From: Neodothiora populina
Taxonomy: Eukaryota
Assembly (NCBI RefSeq): GCF_041146345.1
Contig: NW_027191408.1
Span: 620,001 to 684,000, forward strand
Length of the DNA stretch: 64,000 nucleotides
Direction: 5' to 3'
This document shows positions 34,944-48,942 of this stretch, one piece after another (position 1 is the stretch's first letter; the number at the start of each line of letters is the position of its first letter). The notes beneath the pieces were generated by a model. The model saw only the letters and a list, made by a program, of their open reading frames with translations, was not told where the DNA came from and did not search any database. The position numbers were made by a program, and so were the translations under genes.

Positions 34944-37900
34944 TGGCCGCTCGGAATCTACATCACTCGGGTTTTTATCTTCTTTCATCTTTGCACTTTT
35001 TGGAATTGGGGTGGAAGGGGTTTTCACTATGGCATACAGGAAGGACGGCGCGCGGGAAGGACATGGCAGGACATGGCAGGGCAAGGGCAAGGGCAAGATC
35101 ACTGCATCTCTTGCGTCTCGATTGGAAAAGAAGCGTTTGTTGTTCCAAAGGCATTGGGGTAGGACAAGGGTCTTGGTTTCTCACTGTTGGAGTAGAACAT
35201 CAATCGAATCGTTGGGTACATTTTGTTTGCTCTTTCAGTCACTTGGACGAATCGTAGAGTGTGAACGAGGTGTCTTACTCGGTCATTCAAGAACTGGGTC
35301 AGTCGAGAAGAGGGAGAGAGAAACAGTATGTCTCCACGCTTAAGCTCAGAGAAACGCAGTCGACATGTACGAGTTGGTAAGTAACTAATCAGTCGTATCG
35401 TGGTTGTCTGTCTCATGTCCTTCCAAGTCTAGGTATTTACTGGACAGGTCTTTTGACTCTGGTCGGGGATTGAGATGTATGCATGTGCACAGAGAGGTAA
35501 TGGTGATGTTATCACCTGCTAGGTTGGAAGGACGATGTCTGAGTACCTTAGTCTAGATGATGTTTTCTGAGAGGGTTGAGATGTAGTCACATCTGCAACA
35601 TTTCATCCTCACCGCAATTATGGAACCATGAGAATCATCCGCGCTGCAAGCAATTCCAGAGGTTACCGCTTTGAGTAGAAGAGTAGTGGAAGTTGACTGC
35701 TGGGAGGCACGGGGAGAGAAGAACACATGTCGAGCAAGGCAACATCATCACTTGATAGTCACGAAAGGTTGTCTGGATAGTGGACAGTAAGTAGCACATC
35801 GGCCTTCTCAGAGATTTGTTGTTGTCCGAGCGCAACGATCACGTCTATCAAGTGACTTACTGTCCATCACTCTGGTTTTTTCTTTTTGACCAGATCGAAG
35901 ACTTTGTGTGTGCGTGCATCTGGTGCAGAGATCGGAAAGGCTGTGGCGAGGCCCAGGCCGAGGATGGTCCTTATTGACCGGCCGACAATCGAAGCTGTTG
36001 TCCTGTCCACTCGACCCAGTCTTACAACATGTCCAGGCAATGAGATAAGTCATTGCATCGCTTCCATGGGCCTTCTCTTTGGCTGCCGATGCTTGCGCAG
36101 CTGTCAAGAAATCCTGTTTCCTTGACTGCATCAGATCGCTATATAGAACAAACCTTCGGGGGATGAGGTAGTCCGCATGATAGTAGCCACTTGTTATGCG
36201 TGATGCACAGTGCAGGACCAAGGTCGGCAGGTTATGGTAAAGTTTGCTGAAGTAAGCTGATGCGCGCGGACCTGCCTTGGTTATGTATGAACGTGCTGGT
36301 CCTGAGGCTATAGTATACTCAAGGCGCGGCTCTATGAGCGGCTCCACTAGACATGCATGCATTTGCCGTGTTCAGAACCAAAGTTCTGGAAGCGTCGCAA
36401 GCGCTGGAAAGCATCTGTGCATGGTCATCGCTAGCAAAAGGAAGCAGAGAACACTTCATCGAACTGCTGTTTCCAGCCAAGCTGCCTGTCGGCCTGCTTC
36501 ATGACTCTACGAAGGTGTCGTGAGCGACATCCGAGCAATATACAAGAAACAACACTCACTCTAGTTACTGAAGAATGCTTATGATGGTGTAGCCTATCGC
36601 GAACTTACGCTAGGACACGCAAGCCTAATACCTGTGTTCGCGCGTTCGCTACTGTCAACCTGTTGTCCTTGTGACTAGACCCACTGCAAGCGGGTTATGC
36701 TGTGCAGTTAGCAGTGGCACAGTATGGTTGCATCGCACATCACAGCATGCGTTCATACCTTAGCTGTCTGGGGGCCGTTTAGCCGACCAAGATACAAGTA
36801 TGCCGTACAAAGTAGATGTGGCATGCAAGTATAACTCCATATGCGGAATCTCGGCAACACGGAAGAAGTACGAGAGAATCGAGATCAGATGGAAGAAAGT
36901 CACTTTCCCCCACATGCCATCGTACTGCACCTCGCATTATTGTCGTTAGTTCGGAGGTGTTGGCCACTACTCATATGAGCAGAAGGAGATGACCACGCCA
37001 TACGCGATTGTGGGTTGTGAGGCTGATACTGTATGCTTTGGTCAACGACATGCCCGTGACTCAAACTGTCAAATTAACTGACATTGCAGTCCACGATGCA
37101 CCTCAACTCAAACCACGACGATGATTTCACCCGTCTATCGGATCGTACCCTCTGACAGTACCCTGCTAGCGATAGGCTTTGTGGGGCGTTGCATTCTTCT
37201 AGTGCTTCTTCATCGTTGGCAGGCACTGTATAGTATGGGGCTTCATCTTAAATACAAGTACACATGTATCGAGGCCTTCCAAGTTGCGATACCAAGACAA
37301 CAAACCCCTGCAGAGCAAGGTTCAGGACACGCGGCGTGGGTCAGTATGGTATCTTATCTTCGGCCAGCCAGGTGCTTTGAGTATGGGCGTCTTCCTCACC
37401 TCGAGAGTTGAGTGAAGGACTTTGGCATTAATTATTATCCACCCTCCACTACACTAGGTCGGTACAATAGCTCAGTCCACTACGAGTTAGTAGTACTCGA
37501 AGAACACATACAAGAGCGCAACAAAAGCGAAGCTGACTTTAGACTCTGGTGGTATACTATGCTTCGTGCACATAGCAGAATCTAAAACACGTCAAGCCTT
37601 TACTGACTCGATGCAATCGCATTTTAAGCTTGGCTATCAAATACGCCTTGCATTTGCCGTTCGTAGTCGATCAAGGAGCCACGGCGTTCTGGTTCGTATG
37701 CGAACACAGGTAGTGCTGCTGATCATTCGTTCCCGACGTGTAGTCACTTCGCGCTTAGTCAACCAAGTTTGTGACGACGCTACAGCACAAAACGGCATCA
37801 ACGATTTGCGATGGGAAGGTACAACCCAAGCCCTATGCACCGGATGACTTTGCCGGGTGTCTCGGGCCTTGTATCCGATCGCTCCTTAAGGTAGGCAAGG

Positions 37901-40443
37901 GATGCGAAACTTGTTCGGCTCGGTTCTGTCGCTATCGCGGACTTGGGCAGCCTACAGCGAGCGAGCTCACAGAGATGGCCCGGCCCACGGGAGCGCTTAT
38001 TAGGAAATAGTCGGATAGCTATCTGACATTCACATCTCTTCCCTTAGGACTAGCCCAGAAACTTGTGAGCACGTAGTGAGACGATGCAAAAGCATGATGC
38101 GATATCAATGCGCAATTGAATCAAGTTGTATTGAACTAACATGTAAGGCAGAACGATGATGGTTCGCTGTTCGAGCCGTAAATGAGCAAGTTCCAAGCAC
38201 CGCGACTGAATGTTCCGCCAAGATCATCAAACAATGATCAATGTACGGCACGGGTAGAGTGGATCTTTACTCCATGGACGGATCCTGTTACAAGTATCGC
38301 ATCTCCGTATTGATGTCCATACAGTCGGCATGTCAAAACAGCGAGTCGGCCATTATTTTCGTACTACCGAACTTAGCGGGGACTATCTCCCGGGCTTACA
38401 CTGGTACGCGCAAAGACGGCGAAATTCAGCCCCAATATACGAGCGAACCAGACTGCGAACGCTGGAGCTCGAAACTACTCTATCATGGTTGCTTTGCATC
38501 ACGTAGAGCGCACCTCTACCGATACGTCCAATAATGAGAAGAAGATCGGGAATAATGATACGATCAGTGAATAGCATCAACTGTTTGTCCCACGAATACG
38601 ATAAACTCATGGCTAGTACGACTAGATGAAACATAAACGCCAGTTCCCGTATGTCCTCATAAGATGTGCTTCCGTTTGATACATAAAAGGTACTTAATTA
38701 TACACTATTGCCTTGATCCAGTATCCGTATACCCAAAGCGCTCCATGCATGCTCGTCGCTTATCGGGCCCCGATTAAGCGAAATAGACAACAATTAGCAG
38801 AGATTCTCCATAAATCCTGGTTATGAGGTACTGCTCTTCATAATCGATGGATCACATAATTTCTTGTACTTACTAATTACACAAAGCGATAATTATCGTT
38901 TGTCGTATCGCAATCTAAGGGCTTGTCAATCCTCTACGCTTGGCTGCTGGGATCTTACAGTACAGCACCTGGGCCTCGATCGCTTCCTGCAGTAGCTCTA
39001 TCGTAACAATGCTGAGCTGTCACAGCTTTCGAAGGAGGTACATTCAAGCCGAGTTTCAAGTGATATCAAGACGAGTGCTTGGCCTTGATACCCCATTTGA
39101 ATACAAAGGAGCAATCTTGGTTGTGCTAAAGGCACATCCACAAGGAACCATGGTCAGCTACAGTCTTGGTGTCTTCGTCTGTTAGGGCTCGGGCATGTCG
39201 ATGGCAGTCTACATGCTCGGACCCGTTGACCGTCTGCGACGACAGGTATTGTATTGAACCAGGAAGTACGTTTACCATAGTATCTTGTACCCGTAAGAGT
39301 CATAGGGCCTCCGGAAAGATCCTCGAGCAGTGGAAAGTCTATGTGTGAAACAATAAGGCAGCAATACGACATGCTTTCCGGGAATGTTGATCACGAGTAT
39401 GTGCTACTTCCATATTGAGGCCCAGCAGCAGCCCAGACGCAACCTCATGCGAGTAAGATGGGAAATCAAGGATTGGCGATGGGAAAAGGCAATAGCCTCA
39501 TATCTTTAGACTTCTGTCCGATGACACTACCCGTGCAAGGGTTCCAAGGAAACAGGTTCCTTGAACGTACGGTACTGTACTGTGCTGTACATGATCAACC
39601 CACCTGTGACCACCTATCGATGCATGCAATGTACTTGTGTGCGTGCCATGAAATGCCGGTCGATCATACCGCCTCAATCCCCAATCACAAACCCATTTTG
39701 GGAGCTACGCCACCCAGCATCCCGTGGTCCGCACTGTTTCATGGACCTTCCTTCTGTTCACTACTCATACGTTTGTGCGTTGGCTCACCCCCCACACAGT
39801 GCTGGTTCTTTGCGAGCCAGAACAATCTACAATCTCGAGTCTGTCTGTCGAGTGAGGGAACCTTTTGCCAAGGTGTCCCTTTCAATGTACCGTACCCACC
39901 CGATCGCGCCTCAGATGCTTGACACGGTATCTGTGGAGCAACAAGTCACCTTATGGTTGTCCACTTCTTTGTACCGAGGCTTGTTCAATTGACAAAAGAT
40001 CCTCATTGAACGAATTCTCTTTGACCAGAAAGCTGACAGCTCGTCAAGACCCAGCATGACGCTGGTGCCTCCGCGTGTCCTGCAAGGGCGAAGCGAAGCA
40101 TGTCCTGGGCTGGCTGCTTCTTTCCTTACATGTCCGGCCAGTCCCTTGCAGCTACTTTCTTCTCTTGCGGATTCTCCGACACGATCAACCAAAGCTCCTT
40201 GCCGTCATTTTCGTTTCAGGCTTTCATATTAAGATCTCGCGGGCTGTACTCCGATGAACCTTCACGTCCTTACGGCAATTCTCTACTCGGAGGAGCGTGT
40301 GGTGCAACGAATATATAGTTTTGGTCAACTTGCCAGTGTATTCGTCTCCGAGCTTTTGATTTAAGCCGCAACCTGCCTACCTCTGGCCAATTTATCGACA
40401 CTTACGACTGCGCTTCATTCGGAATAAGGCAGCTTGTTAAGTC

Positions 40444-41502
40444 ATGGACAGGTGGTCGAATCACCAGTCGGCGGGAGGACCGCCTGGTCGCATACAGGAT
40501 AAGGTTGCAGTGTGAGCGCTGGGACTAAGCTGCATCGTGGGTCGAGTGACTGACAATCGTAGCATCACCGGCGCCTCCTCAGGCATTGGACGGGCGGTAG
40601 CAATCCTTTTCGCTCACGAAGGCGCGCACGTAGTTTGCGCAGACATCCGTGAAACTACCTCGGATCAAGTCGAGGATGGAGTGATATCCAACACGACAAC
40701 CGAGTTGACCGACGGGCTCTACATCAGGACTGACGTAAGCAACGCTCAAGATATGCGGAATCTAGTGCGGAGGACTGTCGACGAATACGGCCGCTTGGAC
40801 ATGTGCGTAGCGTCCATACCATAGGAGGCCATGCAGAAACTTGCAGACTTACATGTCGCTATACCAGATTCGTCAACAATGCTGGGATAGCCATTGAAGC
40901 TTTCGACCCTCGACCGATCTGGGCGGCAGATGAGGACGTCTTCGACCTGACACAACGGGTCAATACCCGAGGGGTCTTCCTCGGATGTAAGTACGCTTCG
41001 GCAGAGATGCGTAACCAAGCACCTCATCGCAACGGCGATCGAGGGTGGATCATCAATATTGGATCAGTCTATGGCATGGTGGGAGCGGAGAACAAAGTCA
41101 GTATCAGCGCATCCAAGGGCGCTGTCACGGCTTTGACTCGAGCAGTAGCCATGGACTGCGCGCCGTATCGAGTACACGTCAATGCTATATGTCCCGGAGG
41201 CAAGTTGTCCTGCAAGGATGTTGAATGCGAAGTCGCTGACTATGTCTTAGTTACACTTACTGAAACAATCAATCGTGCCCTACCAGACGAACAGCTACGA
41301 ACAGAAATGATTGGTTTACACCCTTTTAGAGGGCTAGGGATACCGGACGATATCGCAAGGGCGGCGTTGTTCCTCGCAAGCGAAGATGCCGGCTGGATGA
41401 CTGGGGTAAGTCTAGCTACCCGACTAGATCCAGACGGAGTCAAAAGAGCTAATAGTGTGGTAGGTTTGCTTGCCTGTGGATGGTGGATTCACTGCGCGGT
41501 GA
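40444..41502 (+). CDS. Classical short-chain dehydrogenase/reductase with the catalytic Tyr replaced by Ile, 5 exons
   Basis: KVAV|ITGASSGIG, CADI, FVNNAG, NIGS, VNAICPG and LPVDGGFTAR*. Introns 40512-40562, 40803-40867, 41200-41250 (GC-AG) and 41406-41463. Confidence 0.85.
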
Positions 41503-41655
41503 ATCTCGTACGGTATTCTGGAAATATTCATGATGGTCGACGCGCAAGACCAAGCCATATCTCGAGCGGTTGTAGATGACGAGAGTGGATATCGAGCACT
41601 ACATGAAAAAGACTGCAAGAGCGGAGGGTGTATCTGAGTGGGAAGGAAAGACTCT

Positions 41656-42779
41656 TTAGAGGTGTTTCCGCTCCTGCGACGGTTTTGATGATCGCCTGTT
41701 CATCTCCCTGGTTTGCGTAATGTCTTTCTCGACCTGTTCAACGGCCCGCTCTATCTCCAGTTCCATTCCTGGCAGACCAAACTTTTCGGCGAGCAGCTTG
41801 CCGTTCCAGCGTCTGAGCAGCATGACATCCTCTACGGGGTTCTTCTTCTCCATCTCCAAAGCAAGGGCGACACCCTTGACCTCCTCAACGGTGGGCAGCC
41901 TTGCATTGCGCGAGACTTCCCGCGTGGGGTGCACCAACCCAGCTGCGTACATCTGGTTCAGTGTTTTGGAAGGTGTAAGCTTCACCAGGCTTTTGTCACA
42001 CAGAGCTTGTAGGAACTTAGCACCAGAAAGAGCTGGGAACACTGGTTAGACTGTATTTCGTGGAAAGTGATCTAAAGTGCCTTACCTTTCCAATGTGAGT
42101 ATGCGCGGAATGTGAGCTAGCCTTAGTTAGTGCTGCTCGTCAAGCTATTCGTTCGCCGTCCTTACATAGAACCCGGGTATGTTCGGTATCACAGGTAAAA
42201 TTCCAACAGGAATAGTAAGTCTAGAGAAAGTAAGCGAGTGAGCCAGCGTCATGCTGTACGGACTAAGTGGGCACGAACGGAAGTCCAATCACGCTGTACC
42301 ACATTCTCTGCCTATGGAGGTTCTGTCTTTCTTTGGCAAGAGTTTCGAGAACGCCTGGTGCCTTGTCCTTTTGCAAGAACATATCCGGATAAAGCACCTC
42401 GGTAATCTTGATATCGGCCGTGCTGGACGGAAGTGTTTTGAGACCCTATAAATTTTCAGTGCAGTAGACTTTGGGGGGATACAATCGGGCCTCTTCGAGC
42501 GGGTTGAAATATAACCAACCCGCAGAGGGGGTGTGATTCTTCATTATTACAACATACCCATTCCTCAAAAGGGATACGTGAGAAAACATATTCATTTCCA
42601 TACACAGTCAACTTCTTCTTCCATCCGGTCTTGTCAGACTCCCATTCCGCCCATGTCGAATTCGCCTTGTTCACGAGACGGTCGACTATCGAAGGTCCCT
42701 TGCCATCGAGTTGTTGATGCACGCGCTCGCAATATATCAAGGTTCGCCTCGTGGAAATGGGCAGTAGAAATATCCGCAT
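41656..42779 (-). CDS. Mitochondrial K+/H+ exchange-related (Mit_KHE1 / YDL183C-like) protein, 5 exons
   Basis: MRIFLLPISTRRTLIYC, RIPFEEW|GLKTLP, PVIPNIPGFY|LTFRAYSHWK|ALSG and ELEIERAVEQV. Four GT-AG introns, the first at 42446-42557. Confidence 0.82.
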
Positions 42780-43715
42780 AGCTGGGTTTCGTGAGATATC
42801 GCCGCACCTATATCACTCAATTGAAAATACAAGACCGAAGAGGTCAGATCGCGCGTGTAGTCGTATATATCAAGTCCAAACAGAGGCTCAAAAAGTCAAG
42901 AGATGTGGAATATTAATAAAACCAAACAATGTACAGCAGAACTGCATGTAGCGTAATAATGGGCCTGGCCTTGGCTAGGTAGGTACGACGGCTCAAATGT
43001 GCCTGGCTGGACTGGACTCTTTGCACGCTGTGCTACGCCTGAAAGAGCTAGCAAGATCTGGGAGGCGATCTCTACCAATGACGTCGGCCTTTGCCCGGTT
43101 GCTGTATCTGGAGCTTGCACCATACTACTACAGTACCTTACCTCGCTTATTATGATAGATTTCACCTTTACTGATGCAACTGTTCGGCGGTTATGAATTA
43201 CTCAAAATCAGGCTTGTCATACTCGGCGGACGTCCATTGGAGGATGCTTGCCAGTTTTCCATCCTCTATTGAGGTCGTTCATTGTCATGGGTACTCGATC
43301 CCGCTGTCAAGTTTCGCCTGCACTACCACTTCTTTGACAAATAGCCACGCATATGAAACCACAGCAGAGGCAGTACAGCCACAGACGAGGATCAAGTCTG
43401 ACGACGAATAATGTCGTCGCCACCACCGCCACAGCAGCGGTCACGATCAAGGGGCAGTGGCGCAGCGAGCGTCCTCCAAGTGGCAGACTTATTTTCGACT
43501 AGTGAGAATAGACATATGACGATCAATCCTCATACACAGGACAGAGAACCCATGCACGACTGCACGTACAACGATGCTGAGCACTCTTTATATCTAAATT
43601 GCAATAGTGCTAGGCGCGTGCAGCCCCAGGTCCCCGGACATTGACGTTGTGCCAAGTCAATCCTTCCAAGTCATTCGAGCCAAAAAGGACATATAAGCGA
43701 AATCACACGTTGCGG

Positions 43716-43741
43716 ACGCGCTGTACCGCGTTAGTACGCGT
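43716..43741. promoter_or_regulatory. MCB-like cluster upstream of MCM3
   Basis: CGCG cores at 43717, 43727 and 43737. The last is a perfect ACGCGT (43736-43741), about 285 bp before the ATG. Confidence 0.65.
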
Positions 43742-44023
43742 TGGTATATCGATTGGAGAGCGCAGAAGTAATTAAGGTACGTTTACGTAGAAAGCCGAAG
43801 GGTAACAAAACATTGCGGCGGCCCCTCTCTATCCATTGCTTTCATACACTCCGCAGACCATCACATACTCCAGGACTGATTTCTGCAATCGTGCGCGATC
43901 AATTGTGAAAAGTCTCTGCAATTCGGCGATTCACCTTTTTGTTTATCTACTGCCCCTTTGTTTGCACACAACACCGTTCGGACACGCCTACACAGCCGCT
44001 GCTGCACCGGCCTGTGAGTCGCC

Positions 44024-46742
<2,719 letters not shown>

Positions 46743-46971
46743 AGGAATGGAGGAGTCTGTAATGGCGTTCAGGTGCTACAAGTTCAGGACTTTCAAGCTA
46801 GGGTGGGGTATTATTTGTTGAGTTTGACATGAACAACGACATCTACGAGACGAAAGCTAGTAGTGCATTAGGTAGCGCTCGAAGAAGAAAAGGGCCGGAA
46901 GAAAAGGGCCGTCTAAAGCAATATAATGCCAGAACGTCGGACTTTGAACTCGAGAATAAAGAAAAGAGAAA

Positions 46972-47751
46972 TCAAGTCTGCCCAACCATTCTCTTGACCT
47001 TCTCCAACAAGACCGTACTCTCCCTGCCCAGTTTCCTCTGTCCGTTCTTGCCACCAGTCCTCGCCTTAGCCATGGCCTTGCGAAACCTTTCCCGTTCCTC
47101 GAGTTTCTGCGCCCTCTCGCGCTGCGCCTGTTCGCGCGCCAATCGCCGCTCCTCGGCCTCTTGCTTGCGCTGCTGAGCCTCGGCGTGTTCGCGCGCGAAC
47201 GGGATGGGCTTTGGTTTCCGCTGGCGGCGCTGGCGGAAGGCTTGCTCGCCGGTCTGTTCGGCGTTTTGTTCGGCGTCCTGGAGGGCTTCTTCGGGGGTTT
47301 CTTCGATCATTTGCACGCGGTCTGGGTGTCGCTCTATTGTCGCGGGGGCCTGCTCGGGCACTTGGGTGGTGTCGTTGTCGCCATCTTTGTGGGTCGTGGT
47401 GGTGGGGGGTTCGTCGTCGTTCTCGTCGTCGTCGTCGTACAGTGAGCGTTTACCCGTCAGGTTCGGCTCCTCGCGCGCCTTCACTTTGGCGTATTCTTTC
47501 CTGAGCTTGGCTTTGACTATCAGGTCTTTTTTGATCTGTTGGGCTGTGGGACACAAGAATAATTAGCGGTCTGGGGTTTTTTCATTCTTCTTCTTTCTGC
47601 GGAGAGGTAGGGAGTGGATTTTTTTTTCATTACTTTTGCGCTTCCATGTTCCGTCTGGCAGATTCGCTGGGCCGACTGTGAATCCTCGCTTTTGTTTTTT
47701 GGCCGCGCTGTCGGGGGCGGACTCGTCTCGGGATCTTTTGGTAACCGCCAT
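46972..47751 (-). CDS. FYV7: rRNA-processing protein Fyv7-like, 2 exons
   Basis: GFTVGPANLPDGTWKRK|TQQIKKDLIVKAKLRKEYAK across intron 47544-47633. C-terminal GQRKLGRES.VLLEKV. Confidence 0.75.
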
Positions 47752-48278
47752 TGTTTGTGAGTTTGTAAGATCTGTGACGTATGTTGTAATTGTGGTGTGT
47801 GGCGGGTGAACTTTATGGATGCTGATGATGATGTACTTTGGTGGTTTTGCAGGAGACGGTTTATTTTATTGTTTTTCTATAGAGACGCGGATAACTAAAT
47901 GAGCCTCGGAGAAAAGGCAAAGTCTTGGCTGGAGGGGACTATGGACTACCCTGATGGCATTATTTGGAAACTTGAGAAGATATAAGGACGGAATGATACA
48001 AAAGTCACTTGCGCCCGCGATGGGGGATGACCTGATTCAAGCAACGCATAGAAGCAACGCATAGAGATGCTGTAGGACAGAATCTGCAAGCGGCTTAGTC
48101 TCCTCTGCAGAGAAAAAAAAACCAGAATCGACAGAGAGAGAATAAAAAGCCTACTAATGCTTGCGTACGTACAGAGTAGAGTAGTAGTAGTACGTGGGGG
48201 AAACAGGGCCACTGGCGGAAAAGTGCAATCAAGGTTCACAGTAGTAAAAGTCCCCGACAATCGATCCCTGAGAAGTGG

Positions 48279-48297
48279 AGAGAGAGAGAGAGAGAGA
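48279..48297. repeat. (AG)n microsatellite
   Basis: About 9 AG units in the FYV7/FAM214-like divergent intergenic region. Confidence 0.85.
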
Positions 48298-48942
48298 AGT
48301 GCACTGGTGTCATAATGTCATAGTGTGGTAAGAAATTGTGTGATATGGACCTGCTAAGGTATAATAATACTAGTCCGTATGACCCACTACTGTACTGCCG
48401 AGCAAGGGATTGAGTAACCGCAGAGTTTCCTGTAGTGACCTCGAACAAAGGAAAAAGTGATGTACTCTCTGCGTCTTGTGCTTCCCCAAACGTCCTCGTC
48501 ACATGGCCAGACTTCCGATCGTTAGTAGACAGAGCCTCAGAACCAAAACTCCGTCGTCGCAAAGAATCGTATGACTCAAAATCCTGCACTCAGACACGAA
48601 ACTCCATCTTTGGTTTTTTTTTTCTCATCTTTGCGTGATTACCAGAACCCGAAAACTGTGGTTGATATCAATTCGGATCGGCTGATCGTCTATCTGCCTG
48701 GCCGGTCTTTTATCTTCATTAACGCCGCTTCCCCGAACAGATCACGAGTATCGTAGCAGACATCCTCCATCTGCAGTCTATCTCACGGCGGTTCCGATCT
48801 TGAATGTCCAGACAGGCTGTCAAGGCATCTGCAGCTGAAATCAAGTAAACGACTCTGTATTGCCTTTCGGGGCTCCTTCCGACTCAAAAATACTTCCACC
48901 TGGACTCCAGCTCAGAGCTCCCGGAAAGCTCTGAGCTGAAGC

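Noticed and set aside
35059..35096. (GGACATGGCA)x2 followed by (GGGCAA)x3
   Set aside because: Short slippage repeats in the probable HbrB 3' UTR, with no sign of function.
43193..43644. Two abutting short plus-strand ORFs between the KHE1-like gene and MCM3
   Set aside because: They are short, have no motifs and lie in a divergent promoter region.
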